Source: the human T2T-CHM13v2.0 reference genome, Homo sapiens. Taken from it: a stretch of DNA of 64,000 bases. Shown piece after piece: positions 12,401 to 30,814 of the stretch. How positions within the stretch are numbered: position 1 is the first letter of the stretch; each line of letters begins with the position of its first letter. The stretch lies in NCBI RefSeq assembly GCF_009914755.1, contig NC_060928.1. The stretch is one strand, 5' to 3'. Under the pieces are notes generated by a model. The model made no database searches. It was not told the DNA's origin and saw only the letters and a program-made list of their open reading frames with translations. The translations under genes and the position numbers were made by a program.

Positions 12401-13709
12401 AAGGGATTCCAAGCTACTCTTGCCCGGATTCTCGCTCCTGGGTTTCTCTGACTTATTCCAAGCTCCCAGTGCTTGGGAATGACTCATTTCAACAGTATTT
12501 TTTAGGGTAGCATGTTGCTAGTTTTATTCATTGAGCCAAAACAAAAACTGGGCAACCTAAATGAGCATCTTCATTTTGTGGCACCAATATTGCAAAACTC
12601 AATACATGAAGCTAACTCCTTTCCATCTTTCCCTAGACTCCGGTTTCCTTCAGCCTGTTTATGCTGAGTTTTAACATGACTCCATCCGCGTGCCATGCCA
12701 GGGGTGCTAGGAGCCCCATTCTCTGCTCACTGTGGTTAGAGACCCTGGGGTCGGAGTGGGGAGGGTGGTCATAGCGACGAAGCCAAAGCTCTACCTTTAC
12801 TTGTCAGCATGAGTGACTTCATTGCAATGAGTCAAATGCAATGATGGCCTGGCCTGCTGTCTCAATGCTGATGCCCACTGGCCTTTCCTGGTAGATCCCA
12901 GGCTAGATGGAGAGGCAAGAACCCTAATTACAATCAGCAATAAGAGTCCCGCATTGTTAGAAATCAGAGGAAGATTTATGCATTGACTTTTCATTCTGTA
13001 CAGAATTCATCTGCTGGGATCTCAGAAGTTTAGCAGATGCCCAGCATGATTTTTCCAGCCTGATGGGCCACAGCTGTCAGGGTGGAAGAGGAGCCTGGCA
13101 AGGTCACAGGGCAACTGATGGCACTTGGCTCGCTCTGACAATGAGGCCGTGGGGCTCAATCTGCCTTTTCCATACTACCCTCACAAGTCATTGCTGGGGC
13201 AGGCCAGCGGCCACTCCCCGCTCTCCCTGCTCGCAAAGGAAGGCTTCTCAGAAGGCCTTGCAGGGAGAGTCTCCTCCTTGCTGCACATCTGGGGCCACTG
13301 CTGCTGTTCTGAGGTTACACAGTCACTTAAGTGGTGATGAAGCCTGAATGATACAGCCTCTCTAAAGTAGGTCCCACATGACTTCAATAGCGTGCTCATT
13401 TCTTATATGTTATCTGTTGACTCCAGAATGTCTACCTAATTGGAGTGAGCTTTTGCCTAAAATGAGCATTGGGGCGGGGGATATTGGAAACTTTATTTTC
13501 AAAGATCAAAATTTTAGTCAGCGATATGTTGGGGTTAGGGCAAAAGATACATCAACTCAACTATAAATACTCCAACGCTAGTAGTTTCACTGGACACAAA
13601 TGACTGGCAAGTCTTTATAAAGTCCAGGTGTTCCAGAAATAGCCTTGTGAATATGGGAAAATGACCTGCAGTGATTATATAAGAAGTTTGGCCTTTATCT
13701 GAAACAAAA

Positions 13710-15125
<1,416 letters not shown>

Positions 15126-16527
15126 AAAAACAGATTCTAAACCCCCAACCTGCTCCCAGTGCAGGCTGAAAGGGAAGCTGCCCGCTTGTGCCCAGATGGG
15201 CCCCTGAGCCATGTGGCTCTGCTTTTTCCCTGTCTGGTTACGGCTCAGCAAAATGTGACGTGATATGAAAACTCCATCCCTTACCAATTTAGCAGCATTT
15301 GATTTGTTTCTATATCTAAGGAAAATACAACCTTAACAAGGTTATGCTACCACTCACTATGGGCTCCCTTCTGAAAACCCAGGCTCCACAATGCCATCGC
15401 TCAGCTGAGTGTTCCTGGCAGGCTCTCTGAGTGGGTGAGTTTTGGAGAGTCCTGAAGCCCTCCTAGATCTGACCAAGAGAGACCAAAAGGCTCTTCTTGG
15501 CCAAAAGTTTGTCAGTGAGCATGCTCGGTGCAGCAGCTAAATGCTAGGCACGTGAGAGGCATTTGGGGACCTTAGAGGGAAGCTTAGTGACGCTGATGGA
15601 GTGACAGAGGCAGGGTTGTCCCATGCAGCCTCCCAGGGCTGGTTCCAGAGTCTAGACTGGTGCAGGCTCAGGCAGTCTGGGTCTGTCCAGTGCCTGCCCA
15701 GGAATGGGCTGGCTGGGATGGGAGGGTGGAGGGGTGGAGTAGGTGCTACAGTGTCTCATGAGAAATCAAGGTCATTTCTGAAAACTCATCCCGGCCCCCA
15801 TCCATTAGCATCTGATTGTTATTGAGACTGTGTTTTAATTTGTTCTTCATCCCCATTTTTATAACAAATTTAACACCAATCACTGATCTCTGGTCAGGGG
15901 TGAATATTAAATCCTTAAATCATGTTTTTGGATGCTGTGCTAAGCAAGATGGGCTCAATTTACTTCTAATTTTTTTGTTTAATTTTATTTAATTTCCACC
16001 TTAACGTTTCCTTGTATTAAAAGCCTCATTCTAGACCACAGCTCTGCCTTCTTGAGAATAAGGTCTATTGTACATGTGAAAAACACAGAGAAAAATGACA
16101 CAATGGAAAAGAAGAAAGTGGAGCTTACAGATAAAGGGGTAATTAGAACCTTGCTGAACAAAGGAAATGTAATGAAAGGGTGGTGTTTGAAATGCATTGG
16201 CATGTTACTGTATATAGAAGTATGAACTTTTCCTAATCTTGTTTTCAATATTTCCTAGATCCTTCTTGCAAATGTACACTATGCTGAGCAAAGTAAAAAT
16301 CTGAGCTGACTTGTGTTTATATGTTACCAACTTTAACATTAGGTTTAATCTAGATTAGGCAGTTAAATCCTTACTTCAATCTCCCCAAAAAAGGAACACC
16401 AAGCAATAAGGGGCAGACCCTAGTGGCCAGAGGCAGCCTTAGGTAAGAACAGGTGAGATCAAGGTGTCTCAAGGCAATAGATAAGGACTGTTCTCTTCTC
16501 TTGATTCTATGATGCCACAAAAAGCAA

Positions 16528-16826
16528 ACGGTCTGGCAAACTACAGTTGCAGGTCAAATCTGGCCTCATGCTTTTAAGTTTTTTCCATGTTTGTGTTTTT
16601 TATACTTTTAAATGACTGAAAAAAAATCCAAAGAATAATATTTTGTGACATGTTCATATGTTATGAAATTGTTTAGAATGCGGCCACACTCATTCATTCA
16701 TTCACATATATCCTGTGACTGCTGTCATGCTACAGTGGCACAGCTGAGTAGCTGTAACCAAGATTGTGTGGCCCACAGAGCCTAAACTAGTTACTACGTG
16801 GCGCACTACAGAAGTTCGCTGACCCA
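16528..16826 (+). mobile_element. hAT-Charlie MITE (MER58B-like)
   Basis: Ends gggtctggcaaactac...gttcgctgaccc and an internal body matching recalled MER58. Confidence 0.7.
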
Positions 16827-17356
16827 TGGATTGGAAGGCATCTCACAGATTCAATAACAGCTTTTGAACGAACAGGTTTTGTTTGTTAAAATATATAAAT
16901 CAAGTATACAATGTCTCCATCTTATTTAGGATTTAGTAGTTTTCAAAACTACTAAAACGTTGGGGAAAAGAGGTCTCCAAATTAAGTGATATGGTGGTAC
17001 TTAGATCTGGCTTTCCTCTTACCATACAGATTCTTCTAGCCTTTAGGAAACGCCTTAGAAAGAATCCTAGCACCTATGGGCATAAGGCTAGGTAACCGAA
17101 GACGTCATGCAACTTAAAGGTTCCAGAATTTGTCATTCAAATAGACAACCTCTGTCATACATGTCTCACATTTTTGGCTGTTCCTTCAGGAGTCATTTCC
17201 CTTTAAGCCTACATTTCCTGGGGGTTACATATATTCACAGTCGATCCTCGATATCCATGGTAGCTAACTGTCTTACAAAGTCACCTGAACACTGATTTAA
17301 CGAATACTGAACAATTGCTCCTAGGGGAAATACAGGGTTAGGTTCCCACAAGCTGC

Positions 17357-18117
17357 TGAGCTGCCCCTGTAGGGTTGACAAGAATTGCACGCCAGGTTCT
17401 GGAAAGAAATATAGTTATAATTAAGTATTAATCGTGCTGCACTTTGGCCCACTTCCTACTTGCTAAAAGTCACATAGCATTAGATACTGACCATACAGAC
17501 AGGATCTCTTGACACTAGAATCAAAGGCTTTTGTTTAAGGATCGCTTAAGACAAGCCTGTCCTGTCCAACCCATGGCCCACGGGCTGTATGTGGCCCAGG
17601 ACGGCTTTGAATGCGGCCCAACACAAATTCATAAACTTTCTTAAAACATGATGAGACTTTTTTGCGTTTTTTTTTGTTTTTTTTTTTTTTTTTAAGCTCA
17701 TCAGCTGTCGCTAGTGTTAGTGTATTTTATGTGCAGCCCAAGACAATTCTTCTTCCAATGTGGCCCAGGGAAGCCAAAAGACTGGACACCCCTGGCTTAA
17801 GATGTTTTTCAGACCCTGAATTCCTGCAACCGGTTTGAAGACTCCCACAGAGGAACAGGATCAGCATGAGAATATGGCTTCTTCATCTCCCTGTTCAGCG
17901 ACTTCCCCCTGTACTCTTCGACCAATCAATGACCTCCACACTTCCGCCCACTCCCAAGCCCTTAAAAACCCCTGCCCCAAACTCCTGGGGAGATGGATTT
18001 GAGGTTTCCTCCCATCTCCTCTTTTGGTGTGACTCTGATTAAACCTCTCTGCTGCAATCCAGTGTCTTGGTGTATTGACTTGCTGTGTGCATCAGGCAAT
18101 AACCTATTACGGTTACA
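17357..18117 (+). mobile_element. ERV1-type solo LTR (family not identified), interrupted by MER30
   Basis: TG...CA termini, approximate 4-bp TSD ctgc/ttgc, ATTAAA near the 3' end, LTR-like body. Confidence 0.65.
17552..17794. mobile_element. MER30 (hAT-Charlie)
   Basis: Typical MER30 body; perfect 8-bp TSD gcttaaga at 17544-17551 and 17795-17802. Confidence 0.88.
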
Positions 18118-19076
18118 TTGCTGGTCGCAACTTTTTCAACAAATGACCAATATATAACCTTGTTTTATGCATGTTTCTGTTTAAAGACATCTTATTTAAT
18201 GTATACTGCCAATTCCCTAACATTGAACTCATGGCCAATAGCACTGTAACTCAGGCCTGAAGGATGCTTCTTTAACACACATATTTTCTCCATAAGCCAC
18301 GTCATAGTTTTCTTGCACTTAGGAACATAGACAGCACTGGGGCTCTATGCTTGTGGGCCATCTCAACAGTAGACTCACCAACAAAATGCACAAAAATGCA
18401 AAAAAAAACATGGCATGCAGTAGACCTCAAAAAGGATGAGTATTTACGGCATTAGAGCTGAAACAAGAGAGCAGAGTCACCTTGTTTGACCTTGCCAGGA
18501 ACATGCACATTGGTGACAGGCATTTTTCACTGCTCTGCACATCTGGGAATGCCTGCAAAAGTGCCCTGAGCATTGATTTTAGGGCTACAAATACATTTTA
18601 GTGAGTAGGTGAAGTTGTAAATACAAAATCTGAGAATGATGAGTATTGACTGTCTGCAGTTTAACCCACATATACTTTCTAGTCCCTTTATGACCTTGAT
18701 AAACTTAATTGGTCAATTGGCATCTTCCTAGCCTTTTAAATATCAATCATTTAAAACTATCTCCTCTATTTTATAATGACACTGACAATAACATTTCTCT
18801 ATTGCTTAAGAGTGTCTCACTCCTTATGAAATTCCTTCACTATTTCCTTTTTGTATCAAATTAGGCCCTGGGTTTAAAAGTTCCTTTTTTATAGCATATC
18901 AGTGAGTCCCTTGTCTGCCTGAATTCTTATGTACTGCTCCACCCAAACTTTTTGTCTTTCCTATCTCTGCTGTCTTCTTCCCTGGCCACACCTGCAAGGT
19001 GTTCTACCCATTGCAAGCTGTACTGCAGGCTGAATTCTGACAAACACAATCTTAAACAGATTATATTATGCCTAGG

Positions 19077-19231
19077 CCAGGCTGCGTAACTGCGTAATTG
19101 GTGGGGCCCTGTGCAAAATGAACATAAGGGGTCCCTCGTTCAAAGTTTATTAAGAATTTCCAGATGGGAGCAGCAGAATATTATGCCAAGAGTGGGACTG
19201 CAAGGCCACACCCCCATGACACTTGGCCCTG
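19077..19231 (-). mobile_element. MER91A-like hAT MITE
   Basis: ggggccctgtgcaaaatgaa...ttattaagaatttc...ggccctg matches the recalled MER91A reverse strand. Confidence 0.6.
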
Positions 19232-19390
19232 GAGATGCCCACTTTATGGATAAGCCCAGAGTGACACCTAACCTATCAGCAATGGAGCTACCCAGGTGGA
19301 GGGCTGGGCTGCCACCCACAGGAGCCACCTGATGGCTCCCTCAGGTGCTTCTTTCCCTCCTGCCTCATTTATGAGCCCGTGAAAATGCAT

Positions 19391-19503
19391 TTAATCACCC
19401 CATCTTAATTCCTTTCTCTATAAAAAGGATAAAAATAATCCAAGTAAGCATTACTATTATTTTCTTTTTATAGAGAAAGGAATTAAGACAGGAGGGTGAT
19501 TAA
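19391..19503. repeat. Near-perfect 113-bp inverted repeat in MIR-like sequence
   Basis: Perfect 25-bp arms at 19403-19427 and 19464-19488, plus additional 10-, 8- and 5-bp paired segments. Confidence 0.92.
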
Positions 19504-20214
19504 GTTTAAATAGTAATATTTACTCATCCTCGCCTCATGGAAACATTAGAAGGATTTAATGACAGGACTTAGAAAGAAAGACACTATGTAAATCCCAGGT
19601 ATTACACAGTTATTATTATATTGTAAGAAGAGGGATTTGAGCTGCATAGGAGCGGGGGATTTATTGACACAGGTGTTAGACAATAAGATAGTTTCCCAAA
19701 ATCTCCCCTAGATATATTTCAGATCAGGAAAAGATTCCTGTGTGTCAGGTTTGATTTAGATGTGATCTTCTAGAAACATAGCCTGTAGGACCTTCAGTGG
19801 TTTTTTTCTCCCTAAAATTTTTGTTTTTTCCAGAAAGATCACCCTGTGGCAGCACAAATCTCGCAGTCAGGTGGGAATGGAATGCCTGATTTCCTCCCAT
19901 AATGAGGCAAGATCCTAGTTTTTCTGCAGTGTTCTTACAGAAAATTACTTGCTTATAAGTCTTCAAAACTAGCTGTGAACACAGGCACATGTTCTATGGG
20001 TTTGTAACCTGTGAAATATCAATGATGAAGCACGAGGAGCTGGTGATCATAAGAAAAATACTTTTTTCCCTTCTTTAAATAAACTGAGATCAAACACCGC
20101 TTTTAATTTTTGCCAGTTAAGGATTAAAAGAAACAGACGATTTTCTGTTGTCATTATAAATTCATAAGAGAAAGACGATCTTGGCACCAAAACAAACGAA
20201 GTGAAAACAAACAA

Positions 20215-21116
20215 AAACAGAGAATGGGAGAAAATATTTGCAAATCATAGATTGGATAAGGGGCCAATGTACAGAATATATAAAGAACTCCTACAGCTCA
20301 ACAACAAAAAAACAAAAAATTGATAAAATGGGGCAAAGACTTGAAAGACGTTTCTTCAAAGAAGACTTACAAATGGCCATTAGCGCCTGGAAAGGTATTC
20401 AACATCACTAATCAGGGAAATGCAAATCAAAACTACAATGAGTTACCACTTCACAAGCATGAAGATGAGCACTAAAAAGAAATCCCAGAAAATAACAAGT
20501 GTTCACAAGGATGTGGAGAAATTAGAATCCTTGTTCACTGTTGTTAGCAATGAAAAATGGTGTATCTGCTGTGGAAAAGTTCGGTGTTTCCTCAAAAAAA
20601 TAAATGCAGAATTATATGATCCAGCAATCCAGTTTCTGGGAATATTCCTAAAAGAATTGAAAGCAGAGTCTCAAAGAGATATTTATACATCCATGTTCAT
20701 AGCAGCACTATTCACAATAGGCAAAAGGTGGCAACCCAAATGTCTCTTGACAGATTAGCAGGCAAACACAGTGTGGTGTATACATACAATGAAATATTAT
20801 TCAGCCTTATAAAGGGAGTAACTCTGACATCTGCTGCAACATGGACGAACTTGGAGGACATTATGCTAAGTGAAATGAGCCAGTCATAAAAAGACAAATA
20901 CTGTATGTCTCCTCACATGAGCTACTCCCAGTAGTCAAATTCATAGAGACAGAAAGAGGGGAAGGGGGAGTTTTAGTTTTGCAGGACAAAGAGCTCTGGA
21001 AATTGGTTGCACAACAATGTGAATGTACTTAACACCCACACTGTACACTGAAAAACGGTTAACATGGTACATTTTATGCTTGTGTATTTTACAATTAAAA
21101 ATAAAATAATAAAAAA
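20215..21116 (+). mobile_element. Old L1 (L1MB-like) 3' fragment
   Basis: agaatgggagaaaatatttgcaaatc through the L1 3'UTR to an A-rich tail. ORF 20420-20758 resembles the ORF2 C-terminus. Confidence 0.85.
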
Positions 21117-22639
21117 GCATAAACTCCTATGTGGACATTCCCCCTTCTCATTTCTGTAAAACATAGTACAATTGCATCTTAAAATGTTGCCTGGCTGTTG
21201 ACCAACTGTTGGTAAGCACTATGAATTGTCTAAAAACCAGCCGCTGGGAAAACATTAACCTTCTTGAAAGAGGTAAGTATATTACCCAGGTTTTGCATTA
21301 AGTCAGCCACGAAAGCTATGATCAAGCACGAAAGACTGAAGAAGATAGAGGTTCTGTGGCTGCAAGTGGAAATGAACAATCATAATTAAGGTGTAATGTG
21401 AAAGTGATGGGAGAGGAAGGGTTCAGGACCTGCATCATTGAACTAAATCATGACTTAAAAAAGAAGATCAGCTCAGAAGCCTCATAGCTGCCTTTGATGC
21501 TGAACTCTTCACATGTGTGATATATACACATCCTCACATATATACACATATATGCATACAGTACATAATAAAGCCAGCCATGGTCTGGAATAGAGTTTCG
21601 GGATTATTTACAAAGATAGGCTTGTTAAGCTGATGGGATTTCTTAGCCAGGCTTAAACATATAAACACAAAGACATTGTATATTCTCTCAACCACATTCG
21701 AACTGCTCACTTACATACATCCCACCATTTAACAGAAAGAGCCATCATTCTCTTCTATTTATTAAGGCAATTTTACTAAGGAGCTTTGCTGGACAACACT
21801 CTCAATATTAAAAAAAAAAATGGACTGCTGTCCCTGTTTGCTTTGTGGCTTCTAATATAGATACTGGAAACCCCGTGAGCATTACCATGCCTTGAGTCGA
21901 TCCACTATTCTTCACAACCACCTCCCAGTTGCTATGGCTACTGAAAGTTGTTCAGGCCATTTGCTAACTGACCTTTCTGCAGCTTCTTCCCCTCAGGCCC
22001 CTCGTTGGCAAAATGGGGCACACACTCTCTTTTCTGGCTTGTCCTGAATGTCCCCATTCTGCCTCCTTTTCTTCCTTTAGCAGCAGCGCTTTCCCAGACT
22101 TTTTGCAGCCACCTCCCCATTTGACCACAGTGTTTCCTCTGGACCCTCTTCCGTTCTGTGCCCTCTTCTTGAGCTGCACCAACAGCTGGGCAGTTCCATC
22201 CACTCCCAGCTTCAGTGACCACTCACATGCTGCCGCCTCCCACATCTGCAGCAGCAGGCTGCCTTCCTCACCTTGATCCACAGAACTCAGTGTCTACCTG
22301 CTATTTCCTCCAGAATGTCCTAAAGGTCTTTCAAATCCTGTACGTCCTAAACAAGCTCTTCATCCCCCCTCCCAGATCTCCTGGCCCTGAGCCCCCTCCT
22401 CTGGGCAGGTGCTACCTTGCCCAGCTATCTACTTCCAACTCTGGGGAGTTCTCTTTGACTTGCTCTCTCCTCTCTCAACCTCCCCATCCCTTTCATCACC
22501 AGGAGTCATCATTCCACCACCTGAACCTCTCTTGGTGCTCCTGCCCCAGCTTGGCTCTACCAGCTCTCACCTGAACCACAGCACCAGCATCCCAACTGGG
22601 ACGCTGCCTCCTGCCCCTCCTGGATCCTCTAGAATCTGT

Positions 22640-22835
22640 CAGACAGCACCATTCAGCACAACCTTCTGCACAGCTTTCTGTTGTCATTATAAACAGAATG
22701 GTGGCAACTAGCCACATGTGGCTGTGGGGCACCTGAAATGCAGCTAGTGTGTTCAGGAGACTCATTTTCCATTTTACTTAATTTAAATGTAAAGAGCCCC
22801 ACACGACGGTGGAAATGGCGTTGGACAGATCAGCT
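22640..22835. mobile_element. MER3-like hAT MITE within degraded L2-like sequence
   Basis: ctagccacatgtggct...tgaaatgcagctagtgt...ttaatttaaat...ttggacag. Confidence 0.6.
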
Positions 22836-25108
22836 CCAGATTCTCTACAGATGTGGTGAAAATGCCTCAACAGCTTCCTAGACCTGGCTTACGGATTCCA
22901 TCACTGTCTCCCTCCTCTTTCTCTCCATTCGTCCCATGGCTCTCTTGGATACAAGGACATTCTCTATTTCTCAAAATCAGCATGCTTCTCCCTCCCTTGG
23001 GATGTTAACTCCTTTGGCTTAGAATAGCTTCCGTCTATGTGGCAAACCCCGACTTGACTTTTGGGTCGCAGCTAAGCAGTCTTTTCCCTTGCCTCATGCC
23101 ATGGCCCCTTCTCTACCCTGCCACTTCCCTTTCCAGATACTCCACCCGTGGTCCTGACACTCCGTATCACACCACCTTTCATGCCGGGTTTTCAATCCAG
23201 TTTAGGTGTCTATATTCCCCATCAGACTGCAAGCTCTGTCCTCACAGAGGACACAGGCCCCAGGTCTCTCATGTGGTTGTTGTATCCATAGTGCCTGTGC
23301 TGTGCCTGGCATGGTAGAGGCTACCACGTGTGCCTCCCCTGCCAGTAGACTCACGGCCCAAAAGCCAGGCCCTCCCTCCGGGAAGCAGGGCCACTCAGTA
23401 GCCCTTTCTTTGCACGTACCCGTAGAGGCTGTTTAGAAGGGTAACTGACAGAGATGGCTCGTTTCACAGAGTGAATAACAACTGGACACTGAAAAATCTC
23501 TTTTTTAATGTAGCGTTCTGGTTATGAAAAGCCTCTTTCCAACAAGTTTGAGAGAAACAGTCACTGAGCAATTCTGCTGCCTCTCGCTCTATGAACCTAT
23601 TCCAAACCCTAGGGGAGCTTCGAGAGATACAACCATGGCCACTGATTGATGCTGCCCTTAAACCATTAATGTGGTGACCGAAGAAGGAACACATAAGGAT
23701 GCCCTTTCTACCTCTACGCGGAGTTACATATTCCAGTCAGACTCCACGGCCCCAGCTGCAGGCATGTAACAGACACCAGTCCTTGGCTTGTCCAGACCTC
23801 CCCATACCACACCTCAAGGCATCTAGGCCATGCTTTTCCTTCACGCTGAAATCACATTTTCACCTATTATTTCCTATTTACCACCCATTATTAATTATAT
23901 TTGTTGCATTTTCCCAATTATACAAATATAAAGATGCTTTATATGAAAATAAGCATCCATTGGCACAAGTCAGCCAGAGCAATGTATTCTGAACTAGGCT
24001 ATCCTTGTGAAAGAAGAAATTTGTAAATGTAATTGCCAGCTCTTATCTACTTTAGGAATTCAAACTTGGCTCCACCACCTCTCACTGTAAGCCCTTAGTA
24101 ATCATTATAGAGATAATGTAAGCCCTTAGCAATTGTTCCATTACCCACTAGGCAATGAGTAAGATCTCCCATGTCAGTTATTCATTTAATTTGAAATCTT
24201 TACACCTATGAAGATGTCCTTTTCAAAAAGAGTGAGATTTGTTTGTTTTTTTGTGTTTTGGTTTGGTTTTTTTTTTTTTTTTTTTTGCATAATTTATGTC
24301 CTCCCCTCTCCCTTGGTGTCTTGGAAGAGAAGGCTTTGCTACCAGTTAGCTGACTATGGAATAAATGATTCTTCCTTTACTTAGAGCCTTCTTAGTCATG
24401 GCCTTGTCAAAGAAGAAAGCAGCATAACACCGCTAACAATTATAATAAATAGTTTAGCTTGGTGAGAGAGAATGTGGCTTTGAATCTCGATCTCTCGATG
24501 TCTCTTACATACACATTCATGGTACTACCAGCTCTGGGTACTTTATTACAGACATAGAAGCAAGTAGCCTTATTTCATTGTCACCTGAGCAACAGGAAGA
24601 GAGGGTGAACATTTGTTCAGTGCCTGTTATGTGGTAGATGTCTTGGTTCTTGTGTTATTTCATTCACTTCCCCAAACTTCCTACAAGATGGGTATTATTA
24701 CTGCCTTACAGTTGAAGAAACCGAAAGCCAAAAACTGAAGTAAAGCACCAAGATGGCTGAAAGAAAGGGCAACCTAGCACCAGAGGCCACACTCTTTCTG
24801 TTGTCCGCAGTGGTCTCATTTCCATGGCAGGCTTCTATTTTGGCCTCAGAACATTTCCTGAGGAGAAACTTTGCCTGAGTGGAAAGATATAAGACAGAAT
24901 AAAATATGAAGTGAGTGGGCTATCCAAGTAAATGGTGGACATAGCCAAATGTGCAGCTTCCATTCTTCCATATGAGGTTTAAAGTAGGTTTGTGTCTCCC
25001 TCTAAGTCCCCTCTAGTGTGATCCTGAGGGAAATTACCAGGACCACAGCGAGATGCAAAAGCACCCACTAATTATATGAACTATGACTCTCTCAAAATAA
25101 TGTGTGAA

Positions 25109-27953
<2,845 letters not shown>

Positions 27954-28019
27954 AATAATTTGTGAACAGTCTCTGCTGCTTGTAGCAGTATGTCATTTGT
28001 GGTTATTGTGTCACTGACT

Positions 28020-28326
<307 letters not shown>

Positions 28327-29526
28327 ATGTCAATGATACTTAATGCCCTTTTGACCTAAAGAATGACATCTCCCCAGTGTGTACATGTAGTATTTTCTGT
28401 ACCACCAGATTTCTGTTCCTCACACTACCCACCTTGCCCCTCTTGGAGCAGGGAAGCCATGGCTCCCAGAGCCTGGCTAGAGAAGAGCCACGTCAGCTTC
28501 TAGCATGGCCCCTGGAGACACAGAAAGCAGCTATTCAGCAATGGGATCCTCAGAGGCCTTCCTTCTGTCGTGCAGAGAAGAGCATCTGAGTGACACACTG
28601 ACCCCCACCCACCCCAGGGGTAGGTTCCCATCCAGGTCTAATGGTCGTACACAGAAGCAAACGCCTCCAAGCCAAGGCCTGCTCAGCTCATGTTGAGGCC
28701 AACTAACATTTTGTTTTGGGATCTGCTACACACACATGATGTTTTAATACAAAACAAGGTTGACTGCCTTCAAGATGTAACCCTGCACCTCACAGAAACG
28801 ATGAATTCCAGAACGTGCCAGGGAAGATGCAAACAAATCTGGAGCGCCGGAGGGTGGTGCAGCTGTCCCTAACATTCCTATATGATGGTTTTCTGATCTC
28901 TGAAATGCAGCCCAGCCTAAAAACGAGCAGCTGCTATCAGCCACAAGTGTTCTCTCCTCATAATGGTAGCGTCCGGAGCACTCAGCAGTGAGTCAAGGAA
29001 GTTCTGGCTGCCACCAGCTATCTAGGAACCTTAAGAAATCATTCTGTGGGGCTGTTTCTTCTTCCATTAAATAAGGATCCTCTGATGCCCCCTTGGAAGT
29101 TTTCCATGACTCCTGCCCAGCACAGCTCCTCCACTTTCTTCACAAGGCTTGGTACCAATGTAGAATAAGTGTCAGTGAGCCCACAACTCCACCTCCTCGG
29201 AGGTCCCAGCATGCTGCCCTGTGACCTCCAGGTGCTGTCTGGCTGCCCTGTCTGGGGGTGTCTCCCTCCTATGACACTGCCTGGCACTTTTAGACACTCA
29301 AGTATTTGTTGAATGAGATGAATATCGTCCTCTATCGATTACTAAGGACAGACTTTCTGTTTGCATTGGCCCACTGGTCCTGGGAATGTGGCAAGGGCTC
29401 ACCAGCAGATCAGTATATAAACATACATGCTCTCAAGGGTCCCACCATCCAGGGAACTGGTTTGAATACCTGATTACTTTCTACCTTGCATTATGCTCCA
29501 GTCACCTCTGTAAACTAAGCTTATTT

Positions 29527-30281
29527 ACCATTCTACCAACACATATGCGTACCATGTGGAAGAAATCCATGTATGTCCCGAAAGTTGTGTGCATGTGTCC
29601 TGAGGGCTGGCACACTATGCACACTATTTATCAGGGGTCAGGTTGCTATCTTATTTATTGTTATCCTCTGCAGCACTGTCTATACTGCTAGGCAGGAGGC
29701 ACATTTTTACTAAGTGTGTATACTGACATAAAATTACAACATATGTTTAATAGGAAAAGGGCAATTTTTGCATCAAGAGGTACTATTAATATCATCTTTG
29801 TTACTTACTGTTCTACACAATTACCATAACATAAATAGTCCTTGATCTCTCTAAGAATGAATAGAAGTTAGCAATAAATTCATTAGAAATAAGCTTCTTT
29901 CCCTCATAGGAAATTGCTATCCTTAGTAAGAGCTAAAAAATTATTATTGTCAATTCTTTCTAGTAGAGTAAGGATTCTATATGCTTTACATATGACACCT
30001 AAACATTTACAATGCAAAACTACATTTACTCCTAGTATCCTTACCACAGCTGCTTTGTTTGAAATATTTTTTTGGGGAAAGATTGACATTCAGAGGACTT
30101 ATGATTCATTAAAGTTGTTAACTGATTCAAACACTCAACTATCAACCTGTTCTTTCAGAGAATGTTCCTTTCACCCACCTTGGGACCATTATTCCAGCAC
30201 ATATGTGTACCATGTGGAAGAAATCCATGTGTGTCCTGAGAGCGGCGTGGATGTGTCCTGAGAGCTGGCATACTACACACA
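29527..30281 (+). repeat. Pair of 97-bp direct repeats (29527-29623 and 30185-30281)
   Basis: Ungapped hand alignment with 15 mismatches, offset 658 bp. Confidence 0.88.
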
Positions 30282-30814
30282 TGGTTTAAGCAGAACTTTG
30301 ATCTACAGTCAAAGGTTCTTATGTGTGTGACCCTTAGAAACAAATGCTCTTTTTTCCACAAGGTGATCAGAACTAGGCTCTGAGTATAGAGCCAGCGCAT
30401 TGTGTAGTTCTTTGTTCCCTTGAAGAAAATTCCACAACTGTTGATTCACTAATTTACTCTAATGAAAAAGCTGTAGGCAGTCTCAAGTCTGAGTAAGTGT
30501 GAATGTTAGAAAGGTCCCTCTAGACTTAAAATGCATTTTTCAATGCTCTGTTTGGAATAGGAATATAAATAGAGTATTCAAGATGCTTCTGTCAGGCCCC
30601 CTTTAAGATCAAACATTTTTGATATTTCAAAATAAAGCTTTTAGAATTAAAATGATTCTAATGATTCTAAAGAAGTGGTATTCTTCTTCCAGCCAAGGTG
30701 GAGTGAGATGAACTGAAACTACCCTTCCATTTGAAACAACCAAAAGTTCTCAAAATAAAGACCATGAAAAAATGATTTCCAAGACACAGGCTATCAGTGA
30801 AGGATAGTAATGCT

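Larger units (their letters stand above)
17238..18652. mobile_element. TcMar-Tigger MITE (MER82-like), split by an LTR
   Basis: Terminal inverted repeats cagtcgatcctc / gagtattgactg. The halves rejoin across 17357-18117. Confidence 0.7.
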
